A stretch of 64,000 nucleotides of DNA from Candidatus Zixiibacteriota bacterium (GTDB lineage: Bacteria; Zixibacteria; MSB-5A5; GN15; FEB-12): the NCBI GenBank assembly GCA_022571985.1, contig JACZWU010000007.1, forward strand, positions 25,986 through 89,985, in the 5' to 3' direction. Shown piece by piece: positions 19,314-30,729 of the stretch. Position 1 is the stretch's first letter; each line of letters opens with the position of its first letter. A program made the translations under genes and the position numbers. Below the pieces are notes generated by a model. It saw nothing but the letters and a program-made list of their open reading frames with translations. It did no database searches and was not told where the DNA came from.

Positions 19314-19973
19314 ATGCGCGCCAGACTTATTCAAAAAGATATCAATAACCCGGATTTTAAAGGCTTTCTCAATGATGTCAGTTCGGAATCCACCGACATC
19401 GTCTGTTTTGGTGAACTGGCCACCAGCGGTTGTCTGTATACTGAGCGCAAAGTACCGGCCTTGGATGAACTGGTCAAAAATTTTAACGGTCTTGACTACA
19501 GCATCATGATTGGCTGCCCCAAAGCTGCCGCTGAGGGACTGCAAAATTGCTATATGTATTACGACAGCGGCCAATATCAGCTCTACCATAAAATCAATCT
19601 GTTTGAGCCGATGAACGAAAATAAAGTTTACACCCCCGGAACAGAGCCGGGAATCTTTGATACAAAGTTCGGCAAAATTGGCGCGGCTATCTGCTACGAC
19701 CTGCGTTTTCCGGAAATTTTTGAAAATCTCAAAGCCGCCGGCGCTGAAATTATTTTCGTGCCGGCCGCTTTTCCCAGAGCGCGCATTAATGACTGGAAAG
19801 ATTTACTGGTTCAGCGAGCCAAAGACAATAACATTAAAATAGTAGGTATAAATGCTGTCGGTGACGACGGCACTTATGAATTCGGCGGGACCAGTATGGT
19901 CGTCGACAATGACGGCACAATCTTAGAGCAGGCTGACGAAACCACAGAAACAGTAATTGAGGTAGAATTATGA
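19314..19973 (+). CDS. Carbon-nitrogen hydrolase (nitrilase superfamily, omega-amidase-like)
   Basis: Glu-Lys-Cys triad context: FGELATSG, HKINLF, AAICYDLRFPE. The start could also be GTG 19293. Confidence 0.8.
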   Translation: MRARLIQKDINNPDFKGFLNDVSSESTDIVCFGELATSGCLYTERKVPALDELVKNFNGLDYSIMIGCPKAAAEGLQNCYMYYDSGQYQLYHKINLFEPMNENKVYTPGTEPGIFDTKFGKIGAAICYDLRFPEIFENLKAAGAEIIFVPAAFPRARINDWKDLLVQRAKDNNIKIVGINAVGDDGTYEFGGTSMVVDNDGTILEQADETTETVIEVEL

Positions 19974-21148
19974 ATAACGATCTTCGTGATGTTGTCTTTT
20001 CCGGCATTGTAGCAGTCCGTGACCGCCTAATGAGTGCAGAAAACGCTATCAGACTGGAATCCGGCGAGCCGAGTTTTGACACTCCCGCTCATATCAAAGA
20101 AGCTATGACCAAAGCCATGACCGACAACCACACTCACTACGGTCCCTCGACCGGTGTCAAACCACTCAAAAGCGCCATCATGAAGAAAGTCAGCGAGCAA
20201 AACGGAATTGACTATCTTGACGGCCTCGATAAAATCGTGGTAACAAATGGCGGCATGCACGCGCTCTACTGCACCATGCAGACTATTCTAAACCCGGGCG
20301 ACGAAGTAATCGTGCCTCAGCCCAACTGGACAGCCACCACCTGGATGATTCGTCTGGCGGGCGGTAAAGAAATTGGCGTAAAACTAAAACCGGAACTCGA
20401 ATACCGCTGGGATTTCGACGACTTAAAAGCTGCCATCACTTCCCAGACCAAAGCAATTCTCATAAACTCTCCGCACAACCCCACCGGCGGAGTTATGACC
20501 AAAGCCGATATGGCAGCGCTGCTGGATTTAGCTGAAAAGCACGACCTGTACATCGTTTCAGACGAGGCCTACGAGCATATTATCTACGATGAAACCCACT
20601 ACAGCATTGCGGCAATCGCCAAAGACCGTCCGGCCAAAGTGCGCGATAAAATCATCAGCTGCTTTACATTTTCAAAAAGCTACGCCATGACCGGCTGGAG
20701 ACTCGGCTACACCACCTGCAGCTCTCAAGACTATGCCGACAATATGAAGAAAATGATTCTTTATACGATAAATGGCGTCTCGACTCCTTCGCAGTACGCC
20801 GGAGTAGCGGCGCTTGAAGGTCCGCAGGACAATGTCTTGGCTATGCGCGACACTTACCGCCAACGCCGCGACCTGTTATTCGATGGTGTCAATTCAACCG
20901 AGATGCTAAGATGCGACACGCCACCCAAAGGCGCTTTTTATCTCTACGCTCAGATTACCGATAACTGGAGCGGCTCGGCCTGGGATCTGGTCAATTACCT
21001 GATAGACAATTATTCGATGGGCTCGGTGCCGGGCGATGTTTTTTACGACGACCAAAAATCAATTCGCTTTTCGTACGCCTGCCCGACTGAGATGATAGAG
21101 CGCGCTATTGTCAGCCTCAAAACCCCGAAGAAGCCTGTTTCTGCGTAG
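19970..21148 (+). CDS. Class I/II PLP-dependent aminotransferase
   Basis: 392 aa. PNWT, NSPHNPTG and SFSKSYAMTGWRLGY (PLP lysine) motifs. ATGA overlap with the upstream hydrolase. Confidence 0.85.
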   Translation: MNNDLRDVVFSGIVAVRDRLMSAENAIRLESGEPSFDTPAHIKEAMTKAMTDNHTHYGPSTGVKPLKSAIMKKVSEQNGIDYLDGLDKIVVTNGGMHALYCTMQTILNPGDEVIVPQPNWTATTWMIRLAGGKEIGVKLKPELEYRWDFDDLKAAITSQTKAILINSPHNPTGGVMTKADMAALLDLAEKHDLYIVSDEAYEHIIYDETHYSIAAIAKDRPAKVRDKIISCFTFSKSYAMTGWRLGYTTCSSQDYADNMKKMILYTINGVSTPSQYAGVAALEGPQDNVLAMRDTYRQRRDLLFDGVNSTEMLRCDTPPKGAFYLYAQITDNWSGSAWDLVNYLIDNYSMGSVPGDVFYDDQKSIRFSYACPTEMIERAIVSLKTPKKPVSA

Positions 21149-21225
21149 AAAAGCTTAAACGTTTTCTGGGGAACGAACGTCAAATAAGCAGAGTCTCTGT
21201 TGCTTTCGTTGTAGGGTCGAAAATT

Positions 21226-22266
21226 ATGATTAAGTATTCACTATTCGTTTGTATCATGCTTTGGACACAAGCAAGTATTGTTTTTGCTACTCCGGAGACA
21301 CCCTCAATTATAACTAAGGTAGAAAATCCAGAACATTACGATTCGTTAGCCAAAAGTCACAAAATCTTCGAGGAAGTTTTCAACGGTTGGGAGATTACAT
21401 CCGTTTTCAATCTACTGAAGCAAGGCGAGGTTATTTATTTGTACGTTAATTTAGTGGTTCCTAAGAGAATAGCGAAAGAGGCTACGTCATTAGAACTCGG
21501 AATAAGGATGGAATTTACCAACGATTCGCTCCTTAACTATAAAGGAATAAAAGAAATCAGATTAAAGCTACAAGAAGTCTTGAAATCTATCGAAAACAAC
21601 AAATTCGTAAGGTTATTTCGAAGCAATGCAAATGTTTGCTCAGAACACCTCTATTGGCATGCAGGGTATAGTTTTGAAATTCGTTCAGAAAATGGAGATA
21701 CATTGGCGGTTGCCCCCAACTGGCCATTCTCCAAGAGAAGTGCTCGCGTTTCATGGTTTAGTTTCAATTCACGATTTCTGTTGGACTATCTGGAAGTTTT
21801 TATGGGAGCCGCAGCTTTCACTAACATCCCTGAGTTCAAAAAAAAAGTAGGTATCGGGTATGTTAAGTACACTAGAGACCAGTTGTTGGTTTCTTCAGGA
21901 AAAGACTTTAGTGGGATTAATTCATGTTTCACGTCCAGAGGGAGAGTAATTACAACGTATAAATTGTCAATGAAGTATGACTGGTCTAACTTTCCTTACT
22001 TTACAGAAGCGGTGAAACGACACAACTACTATATCATTTCTGAAACAAGGTCTAAATGCTTTCCAGCTGCAATGACCGATAAACTATTTGCAATTTTGAG
22101 TCCGTCTGCTGGAAAAGTTTCAGGGCGAGTTTACTTGCCCCTTGATTGCGAGAAAAGAATAATAAGATTTATTTCTTTTCCTGTTGAAAAGATAGAAGAC
22201 CTTGACCAGAGGCCAGTAATTCAAAGTATTTCAGTAATTGACTCTTTACTCGAAACGCTTAAATAG
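21226..22266 (+). CDS. Hypothetical secreted protein (AT-rich gene)
   Basis: Signal peptide MIKYSLFVCIMLWTQASIVFA. No recognisable motif. Visibly lower GC than its neighbours. Confidence 0.55.
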   Translation: MIKYSLFVCIMLWTQASIVFATPETPSIITKVENPEHYDSLAKSHKIFEEVFNGWEITSVFNLLKQGEVIYLYVNLVVPKRIAKEATSLELGIRMEFTNDSLLNYKGIKEIRLKLQEVLKSIENNKFVRLFRSNANVCSEHLYWHAGYSFEIRSENGDTLAVAPNWPFSKRSARVSWFSFNSRFLLDYLEVFMGAAAFTNIPEFKKKVGIGYVKYTRDQLLVSSGKDFSGINSCFTSRGRVITTYKLSMKYDWSNFPYFTEAVKRHNYYIISETRSKCFPAAMTDKLFAILSPSAGKVSGRVYLPLDCEKRIIRFISFPVEKIEDLDQRPVIQSISVIDSLLETLK

Positions 22267-22370
22267 AACGAATGGCGTAATTTTTGTGGGCGGCCGCCAA
22301 AGGCGTGTCCTCATTTGCTCATTTTCTTAAAGTGTGATAATACGGGAGCCCTCCTAAATAGGATAAGCGC

Positions 22371-23486
22371 CTACTTAGAACATTCGGCTGCGGAGCAGAC
22401 CGGGTCACCGCCTCTGAAAATAAAGTCAACCGCCGTGGTCAGATCAAGAATATTGCCACCGTCACCGTCACAGTTTAAGTCAGATGCTTCCATTGGATCT
22501 GACGGCGGGCCGCCTCTGAATATACGGTCAACCAGGAAGGTCAAATCCAGGATGTTGCCGGCCGTGCCATCAGCGTTGGCATCACCGCAAACATAACTTT
22601 GCAGCACTTCCAGTGAACCGTCAGTGATACAGATTCTTAATGTATCCAGCGACGCGATTGAATCAAGGACAACTTCAATGCTATCCCAGGAAGGGCCGGC
22701 GGTTTGCTGCCACGAGAGGCATTCAATTGTATCCGGCGGATCCTGCGTCGTGTCGATATCCCACTCAGTACAAAGGAAAAAGTTAGTGTCCCAGTAAGTT
22801 TCAAAAGTCCAGGGTGACCAATCGGGATCAGTAGTCACAATGCCAAAATTGTCAGTAAATGCTGTATTGATTCTTATAGGTATGATTTGATCTCCGAGAG
22901 TATCAGGAAATTCAAAAACATCGACAAGTACGTTAAAGAATGTTCCACCAGATTGCGGCGCAAATCCCGGCGTTATCGGTCCTCCGAAAATATCTGCAAT
23001 TCCAGCAATTATCATTATTGTTGAGAATTCAGAATATGTGGTCGCAGAAACAATTTCCCAACCGGCAATCAGGGTACCGGCCGTATCAAAATTGGCTCTG
23101 AAGACTTCAAAAGAATCGACGTGAAAAAAATCCCAGGGACTATCAGAGAATACACTTGTCGAATCAATGCAGTTGGGTCCGCTATAAGCATTACATTTCC
23201 AAAAAAGAGTATCATATACGGTGACACTATCAGACGGGAAATAGATAAGTCCAGTACGGCCAAGATGTATTGCCAATTTAAACCCGATTATCGTATCCGG
23301 GAGATGGTCGATGTATATCGGAATCGCAATGTTAGTGGTGTTGGGAAAAGCGGTGGTATCTCCAATAGAAATAGTAACTTCACAATCTTCAATCTGATTT
23401 GGAGAATTCTTAGCCGTAGGCGCCAGAAAAAGCATAGTGACTAAAGCCAGAAAGGTAACTTTTCGGAATGAGATTTGTGAGGACAT
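22371..23486 (-). CDS. Secreted protein with C-terminal dockerin-like double Ca-binding repeat
   Basis: N-terminal signal/anchor. C-terminus GDANADGTAGNILDLTFLVDRIFRGG and DLNCDGDGGNILDLTTAVDFIFRGG match D-x-N-x-DG-x4-D dockerin loops. Confidence 0.6.
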   Translation of the reverse strand: MSSQISFRKVTFLALVTMLFLAPTAKNSPNQIEDCEVTISIGDTTAFPNTTNIAIPIYIDHLPDTIIGFKLAIHLGRTGLIYFPSDSVTVYDTLFWKCNAYSGPNCIDSTSVFSDSPWDFFHVDSFEVFRANFDTAGTLIAGWEIVSATTYSEFSTIMIIAGIADIFGGPITPGFAPQSGGTFFNVLVDVFEFPDTLGDQIIPIRINTAFTDNFGIVTTDPDWSPWTFETYWDTNFFLCTEWDIDTTQDPPDTIECLSWQQTAGPSWDSIEVVLDSIASLDTLRICITDGSLEVLQSYVCGDANADGTAGNILDLTFLVDRIFRGGPPSDPMEASDLNCDGDGGNILDLTTAVDFIFRGGDPVCSAAECSK

Positions 23487-23876
23487 TTTACCTCCAAAAA
23501 ATTGTATGCCTGAAATTCAACCTCCCACTTTTCGGGCTTTAAATTCAGAGCAAATATTATTGTTTGAACAGTCGAAAAGTTAGCGATTACTTTAGTAAGT
23601 ACCTGATCCCTTTTGTTAAAAAAGTAAGAGATAGTAAATAGTCTTCTAAAAGAGAATATAGGAACCAGGTCATTTATTGTCAAGCGGAAGTTTCGTGGTG
23701 GGCCACCCGGCCGATAGCTTACCCAAAAACCCGTAACTGCTTGATAATCTGGCTTTAATATGCTATTATATTATAGTTGCTCCATCTGTTCATTAAACGG
23801 TTGAGGGTTGTGGTGCGTCCATAATTACAGCCATAACTGAAATGGTGAGTAGAAGGGTATTATTTTAAGTGGAGTC

Positions 23877-24674
23877 ATGAATCTAAAAGTATCTAATACG
23901 GGCTTAATAATTCTAGTGCTTGTTACTGTATTACTGTCATGTACCGAAAAAACAACAATCATTCGGCCAATTGACGGTGATGCCGTCCACTTGTTTGGGG
24001 TAGTATATGCGTGGCGATGTTACGGTCCAAACGACCCCTTTAACAATCCTACTGAGGAGCATCTAAATCGATTTTCCATGAAAACCGGTGAACCGGCTAA
24101 GATTACATTTATCAGAGATAATGGTTTTGAATCGCAATGGGAGACTGATGATTCTTCTTCGTTTGAGCGTTACATGAGTGCCGGGACGTACATCGCTGTT
24201 GTTGAAACCGGCTACACTTGGCCACCGGATACATTCTACAACATTCATCTCACACCGGGCGACACCGCGCTTAGACTCGATATCGGATATGATGTAATTG
24301 ACCCCCTACATCTTACTTTTGCTTTTCAATATCCAACAATCAACGACCTTCAGCCAGTTGCTGAGGAATTTGATGCTATTCTCAAAACAGGAAATCTGGC
24401 TAGAAGAATTCATGTTCCCGGTCCGCTCAATATCCTGTACACTATGTCCCCTGACACTTATGTTACAGATACCTTTTGTTTTGAAAATCCACATGGTCCC
24501 TGCTGGGTCTATCATGAAGTTCCTGTTATTCGCGAATTAGGCGGGTATGGCGAATTATGGAATGTTCTGGACGCGTACCATAGCATCATGGCAGCAAAAG
24601 AGTCAGATACGACTGGAGTCGTGCCGGCCAATCTGTCACTCCACCCTACCGGGGTATATTTCTGTCTTCACTAA
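23877..24674 (+). CDS. Hypothetical lipoprotein
   Basis: Lipobox-like LVTVLLSC at the N-terminus. No other motif. Confidence 0.5.
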   Translation: MNLKVSNTGLIILVLVTVLLSCTEKTTIIRPIDGDAVHLFGVVYAWRCYGPNDPFNNPTEEHLNRFSMKTGEPAKITFIRDNGFESQWETDDSSSFERYMSAGTYIAVVETGYTWPPDTFYNIHLTPGDTALRLDIGYDVIDPLHLTFAFQYPTINDLQPVAEEFDAILKTGNLARRIHVPGPLNILYTMSPDTYVTDTFCFENPHGPCWVYHEVPVIRELGGYGELWNVLDAYHSIMAAKESDTTGVVPANLSLHPTGVYFCLH

Positions 24675-24733
24675 GATTGAGTTTCTCGTAGGCGACCAGC
24701 CGCGGCCGGGTCCTTATCCATTTCTCAAGCTTG

Positions 24734-25510
24734 TTAGTGATTACTAATGTGGTACATGATGTTTTCGTCTTCCCAGCAGACATTTGTCATGTCGGAAAAT
24801 TCGTTAGAGATATTTTTTTCAAACTGACTAAGTGCATCTGCAAGTTCTTTATCATTGTACAAACTAAATGTGGAATAATGACGCTGTTTCACTAAACGCA
24901 CCAGTTGATCAAGAGACTCTGAGCGCTGGTAGTGAAACTTAGTCACAGAATTTAATTTGAGGCTGCTTACTTTAGATAATTCCTTTTCAATTTCGCCTTG
25001 TTGATAGAGACGTGTTTCTCTTTTGTGAAAACCGGGGAAGTATTTCCCCCAAATATTTCTGGAGTTCTGTTCCCTCAAACGCGTATACACAAATAATTGT
25101 CCATCGCCTGCCAGGAGACGAGAACACTCTTGAAAAAACCCAATAGGTGAAAAATGGTGTATGGCGTTAAAGGTGAATAAGGCACCGAGAGTGTCGTTTT
25201 CTAATGGAATCTTTTCTGATGAAGAATTGACTACCGTAAATCTCTGCATGCCATTTGATTGCATGTGTTTTTCAAGCTCCCGAAGCATTTCGGGACTCCT
25301 GTCGCAACAGTACAACGAAAATCTTTCACCTAACGCCCGGCACAGCATCAATGAATACCGGCCAGCTCCACAGCCTATATCCGCCCCGACTAGTTTTTTC
25401 ACGCCGTTTAATTTAGAGACGATATATTCAATTGGCTCTGAATCCGTAGTGCGTATTCTGCGATATTCTCGGGCAACTTGCGAAAAATGAAGATCCATAT
25501 TTGTATGCAT
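24734..25510 (-). CDS. Class I SAM-dependent methyltransferase
   Basis: Motif I VGADIGCGAGRYS and post-I acidic CCDRS. First ATG at 25510 (ORF opens with TTG at 25552). Confidence 0.75.
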   Translation of the reverse strand: MHTNMDLHFSQVAREYRRIRTTDSEPIEYIVSKLNGVKKLVGADIGCGAGRYSLMLCRALGERFSLYCCDRSPEMLRELEKHMQSNGMQRFTVVNSSSEKIPLENDTLGALFTFNAIHHFSPIGFFQECSRLLAGDGQLFVYTRLREQNSRNIWGKYFPGFHKRETRLYQQGEIEKELSKVSSLKLNSVTKFHYQRSESLDQLVRLVKQRHYSTFSLYNDKELADALSQFEKNISNEFSDMTNVCWEDENIMYHISNH

Positions 25511-25764
25511 CAATGCTCCTGTTCTAAATTCGATTCTATCTATACACGCCAACTCAAACTAAGAGCAGGACTTCGGCTCTTTCCAGCTGAACTAAAATCG
25601 TTCAAATTGTTATATTGTCAGCTACTCTGACAGATCGAGCATTGCACCCAAGCAGGCCTGATATAACAAGGTACGAATTTCCGGGTTGTTGTCAAGAGGG
25701 GCATTTATTTGGTGGTCGACCCGTCGTGCCGGACCAGGAAAAGCCTTTCTGCTGCTTTACAGCA

Positions 25765-27408
25765 CTATTCTTTCACCAATTCCTTTTTTTCCCGATAGAA
25801 ATCTCTATCAAACATCTGGCCCTCTTTCCAGATGGCGACAATGTTCCGGGTTTTATCGATATCAGTAGTCGGGTCGCCATCGACCAGAAGAAGGTCAGCA
25901 CGAAGTCCAACATCAATGCGTCCTCTGTCAGTCAGTCCAAAAACCGATGCCGGTAGCGAAGTGGCGGATTTCAAAGCTTCCAGAGGAGATAATCCCGCCT
26001 CAACTAGTATGTCCATTTCCCTGTGAATGCTGATACCAAAAGCAGTGCCCCTATTAGGCGGGTCGGAACCGGCCAGAAGCCGGATGCCTTTGTCATGCAA
26101 AAGTTTGAGCGATATTTTGACTGTATCCGGGTCAAACCAGCCTCCCGGTTTGGCATTGGGATTGGTGATGGCCAGCCACTCGGCAGCCGAAGCATCAAGA
26201 TAGGGGGCGACCCGGTCATCGGTCGCCAGCGCCTCGCTCCCTGCCCGGCCGCCAATACAATAGGTGACACCTAGCGTCACGATTACGAAAGTGTTTCGCT
26301 GGCTCATTTGTTCTATAAAGGCGCTATCCGGAACATGGTCGGCAATCATATGAGCCAGTCCGTCGGCGCCAGCCCTGACAGCATCCTCTGCATATTCAAG
26401 GGGATGAATATGGACAATGGCCAGTTTGTCCCGTTTATGAGCTGCCTCGATGAGCGCCTCCAATGTTTCATAGTCAATTGAGGGCATACAACCTTTGCAA
26501 GGCTGATAAACTATCTTGATATAATCCGAGCCTTCGGCGATGCGTTCATCGACAACCTTTTGAGCATCTTCGGCTCTCTCAATTGTAGGAATATCTCTGC
26601 CATATTCGGTCCCGTGACCTTTCGGCGCCGTCACAAGATTTCCAGACGAAAAAATATCAGCGCGCCCAAAGGCTTTGCCTTCTCTTTGTTCACTTTTCAA
26701 CTTACTGACAGCAACCGGGTCTTCGTGCATGCCCATTGCGGTAGTAACTCCAAATGCCAGAGCCTGCTCAAGAGCACGTGAGGTAGCAATGTGTGAATGG
26801 CTTTCAATCAGCCCCGGCAAGAGTGTGCGTCCTTCGCCGGAGATGAGTTCGGCTTTTTCAGGAATATCAATATCGCTGCCAATTGCTGTAATTTTGCCGT
26901 TTTCAAAAAGTACCGTGGTGTTCTCGTGGACGCTTTCGCCATCAAAAACCCGCACATTTTCAATAGCAAAGCCCGACTCACGCCTGGCAATTTTAGCCCG
27001 AATATATTCATTTTGTTCTTTTGGCGTGCGGGATTTGAGTATCTTAATTTCGTATTCCCCTTTGGCAGAATCTTTTTGGAGCGAACTCAACTGCAATTCA
27101 TAAATTCCGGTTAACTTCGGAACAAGCTCAACGAGTTCGGCGCCTTTGTCGCCAGTGGGACTGTCTATTTCCGAAACGAGTTCTCCATTGGGGTCATTGA
27201 CTTTTACCACCAGATCAATTCCAATTTGCCTGACTGCGATAAGGATATACTGTCCGGATTTAAGCTCGACCTGAAATTTATGAATCTCGCCGGCGTTTAG
27301 TTCGGCTCTGATAATACTTTCGGGCTCGATTTTTTGAAGCTGGTCAGATTGAGCAAAAACAGTTGAAGCCATAAGAAATACGGCGGATACGATATAGGTT
27401 TTTTTCAT
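25765..27408 (-). CDS. Secreted amidohydrolase-family metallohydrolase with N-terminal PPC-like beta domain
   Basis: Signal peptide MKKTYIVSAVFLMASTVFA. LLPGLIESHSHI (HxH metal site), later VHIH, and terminal DLLLVDGDP typical of the amidohydrolase fold. Confidence 0.8.
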   Translation of the reverse strand: MKKTYIVSAVFLMASTVFAQSDQLQKIEPESIIRAELNAGEIHKFQVELKSGQYILIAVRQIGIDLVVKVNDPNGELVSEIDSPTGDKGAELVELVPKLTGIYELQLSSLQKDSAKGEYEIKILKSRTPKEQNEYIRAKIARRESGFAIENVRVFDGESVHENTTVLFENGKITAIGSDIDIPEKAELISGEGRTLLPGLIESHSHIATSRALEQALAFGVTTAMGMHEDPVAVSKLKSEQREGKAFGRADIFSSGNLVTAPKGHGTEYGRDIPTIERAEDAQKVVDERIAEGSDYIKIVYQPCKGCMPSIDYETLEALIEAAHKRDKLAIVHIHPLEYAEDAVRAGADGLAHMIADHVPDSAFIEQMSQRNTFVIVTLGVTYCIGGRAGSEALATDDRVAPYLDASAAEWLAITNPNAKPGGWFDPDTVKISLKLLHDKGIRLLAGSDPPNRGTAFGISIHREMDILVEAGLSPLEALKSATSLPASVFGLTDRGRIDVGLRADLLLVDGDPTTDIDKTRNIVAIWKEGQMFDRDFYREKKELVKE

Positions 27409-27596
27409 GGCAATTCCTCGAATTTGATATTGCGATTTTCAAATTGAGACCTAGAAATATAGGGTCAAATGTCTTGTGGCACAAGGAACGAGTCAATTCC
27501 CCCTCGACTTTTGGGTCTTTTTGCCGATATATTTGATAATGACACTTGTCTGCGGCCCACAAACCTCGTTTTTTTCACTAATAATACCAAAATCTC

Positions 27597-27625
27597 TTGA
27601 CCTATGGAGAATTATGGCTTATTAT
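27597..27625 (+). promoter_or_regulatory. Putative sigma-70 promoter for the tRNA pair
   Basis: TTGACC-N17-TATTAT, ending 18 nt before the tRNA 5' end. Confidence 0.45.
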
Positions 27626-27642
27626 GAAAGACTTGGCTTGTT

Positions 27643-27716
27643 GGGCCCTTAGCTCAGTTGGTTAGAGCAGCTGACTCATAATCAGCGGGTCGCAGGTTCG
27701 AGTCCTGCAGGGCCCA
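27643..27716 (+). tRNA. tRNA-Met (anticodon CAT; elongator type, Ile-lysidine type not excluded)
   Basis: Cloverleaf read by hand: acceptor GGGCCCT/AGGGCCC, D arm GCTC/GAGC, anticodon arm GCTGA-CTCATAA-TCAGC, T arm GCAGG-TTCGAGT-CCTGC. Confidence 0.9.
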
Positions 27717-27741
27717 CTTAAGATTTGGGCTAAACAGGCAA

Positions 27742-27818
27742 GGGCAATTAGCTCAGTTGGTTAGAGCGTTCGGTTCACATCCGAGAGGTCACTGGTTCGA
27801 ATCCAGTATTGCCCACCA
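27742..27818 (+). tRNA. tRNA-Val (anticodon CAC), CCA encoded
   Basis: Acceptor GGGCAAT/ATTGCCC, anticodon loop TTCACAT, T arm ACTGG-TTCGAAT-CCAGT, 3' ACCA. Confidence 0.9.
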
Positions 27819-27922
27819 TGAAGAACGAAAGATGATTGTATTGAAAAATAAATTGATTCTCATACGAGCCCTTTTCCACTGCGGAAAAATTGGAAAAGAG
27901 GCCGTAAAAGAAAAAATCAAAG

Positions 27923-27957
27923 CGCATTCTGTTTTACCTTAAGCAGAGTGCGTTTTT
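27923..27957 (+). terminator. Rho-independent terminator after the tRNA pair
   Basis: 9-bp stem cgcattctg/cagagtgcg (one G-U pair) followed by TTTTT. Confidence 0.5.
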
Positions 27958-27996
27958 CGTTTATGGCAGATTTAAGGCGAAAAAGAGGTGTAGGTT

Positions 27997-28743
27997 ATGG
28001 CAAGTGTTGTTCCAAAGGAGAGAGAAGTGTTAGGTGAATTACAGCAGTTGATGCAGCTCCAGACGATTGACTACGATCTTGGTGAACTGGAAAGATCAAA
28101 AGAATACCTTCCTGATATGATGGAGAATCTGAACCGGGAGATTGAGGAGATCCAAACCAGGCTGGATTCCGCTGTTAAGACTCAGGAAGAGTCAAATCTA
28201 AAGCAGAGTAGTCTGGAACTGGATGTTGCCAGCAGGCAAAAAGAGCTGGAAAAATATCAGAAGCAGATGATGTCAATCAAGACCAACAAAGAATATGACG
28301 CTCTGGTCTCCCAGATTGATACTCTCAAACAGGAAATTGACGCTGCCGAGACAGAAATTCTCAATACAATCGAACAACTCTCAGGGCTGGAAAAAGAAAT
28401 AGAAGAAAGCAAGGAACAGCTTTCTGGAATCGAGGAAAACAACCACAAACAGCTGGATATCCTGAAAGTGAAAATAAACTCAATTGGGGATAAAGTTGCT
28501 GACAAGGACAAAGAGAGGGCTGCCGTTATTACATCAATCCCCAGGCCAGTTTTATCAATTTACGAACGGGTTCGCCGGGGCAGAGGCGGCGATGTGGTCA
28601 TAGCGGTCAAGCGACGTGCCTGCGGAGCCTGTTTTAAGTCTTTGACACCAAAAAAAGTTCAGGAAATCAAAGGTGGCGGTAAGATTTTCACTTGCGACTA
28701 TTGCGGAAGAATTCTCTACTGGCATGAGAGTGAATCTCCCTAA
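27997..28743 (+). CDS. Coiled-coil / C4 zinc-ribbon protein (COG1579 family)
   Basis: Long heptad-rich region, then CGACFKSL...CDYCGRILY zinc ribbon. Confidence 0.75.
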   Translation: MASVVPKEREVLGELQQLMQLQTIDYDLGELERSKEYLPDMMENLNREIEEIQTRLDSAVKTQEESNLKQSSLELDVASRQKELEKYQKQMMSIKTNKEYDALVSQIDTLKQEIDAAETEILNTIEQLSGLEKEIEESKEQLSGIEENNHKQLDILKVKINSIGDKVADKDKERAAVITSIPRPVLSIYERVRRGRGGDVVIAVKRRACGACFKSLTPKKVQEIKGGGKIFTCDYCGRILYWHESESP

Positions 28744-28786
28744 AGAAAAAAAAGAATAGCTTGATTTTGGCAGGTGTGTAATATAA

Positions 28787-30259
<1,473 letters not shown>

Positions 30260-30324
30260 TAGGTATTAATGGGACTCACTAAATGTGTAAGAATGTTGTT
30301 TAATATATATGATTGAAGTCTTAA

Positions 30325-30697
30325 GAAAGCAGGAGGAGCAGTCGCGCTTTAAGAAATCCTTTTAGAGTGAGGAAAGTCCGAGCTCCAGAGAATCAGGACG
30401 CCCGGTAACTCCGGGGCGGAGTGATCCGACGGATAGTGCCACAGAAAAAAAACCGCCTCGACTTTTTAAGTCGGGGTAAGGGTGAAAACGTGGTGTAAGA
30501 GACCACGAGTGCCACCAGAGATGGCGGTGCTGGTAAACCCCGTCCGGAGCAAGGTCAAATAGGGAAAGAGGCGTTGATTCGCGCCGTTCGATTTCCGGGT
30601 AGACCGCAAGGAGCAGTCGGGTAACCGCCTGCCAAGATAAATGGCTGCTGTTCCGATTTTAATCGGGATACAGAACTCGGCTTATACTCCAGCTTTC
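30325..30697 (+). ncRNA. rnpB: RNase P RNA, bacterial type A
   Basis: P1 pairing gaaagcaggag/ctccagctttc. Universal GAGGAAAGTCCGAGC (P4), ACAGAAA, GGGTGAAA, GGTAAACCCC and ACAGAACTCGGCTTAT elements appear in canonical order. Confidence 0.9.
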
Positions 30698-30729
30698 AAA
30701 AGACCTTCAACAAAAATTGGAGGCCATAA

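Noticed and set aside
22315-22596. 93-aa ORF with an internal duplication (GSPPLKIKST... / GGPPLNIRST...).
   Set aside because: It is the antisense reading of the duplicated dockerin-like repeats of the 22371-23486 gene.
27757-27942. 61-aa ORF starting inside tRNA-Val.
   Set aside because: It overlaps a confidently folded tRNA and the downstream terminator.
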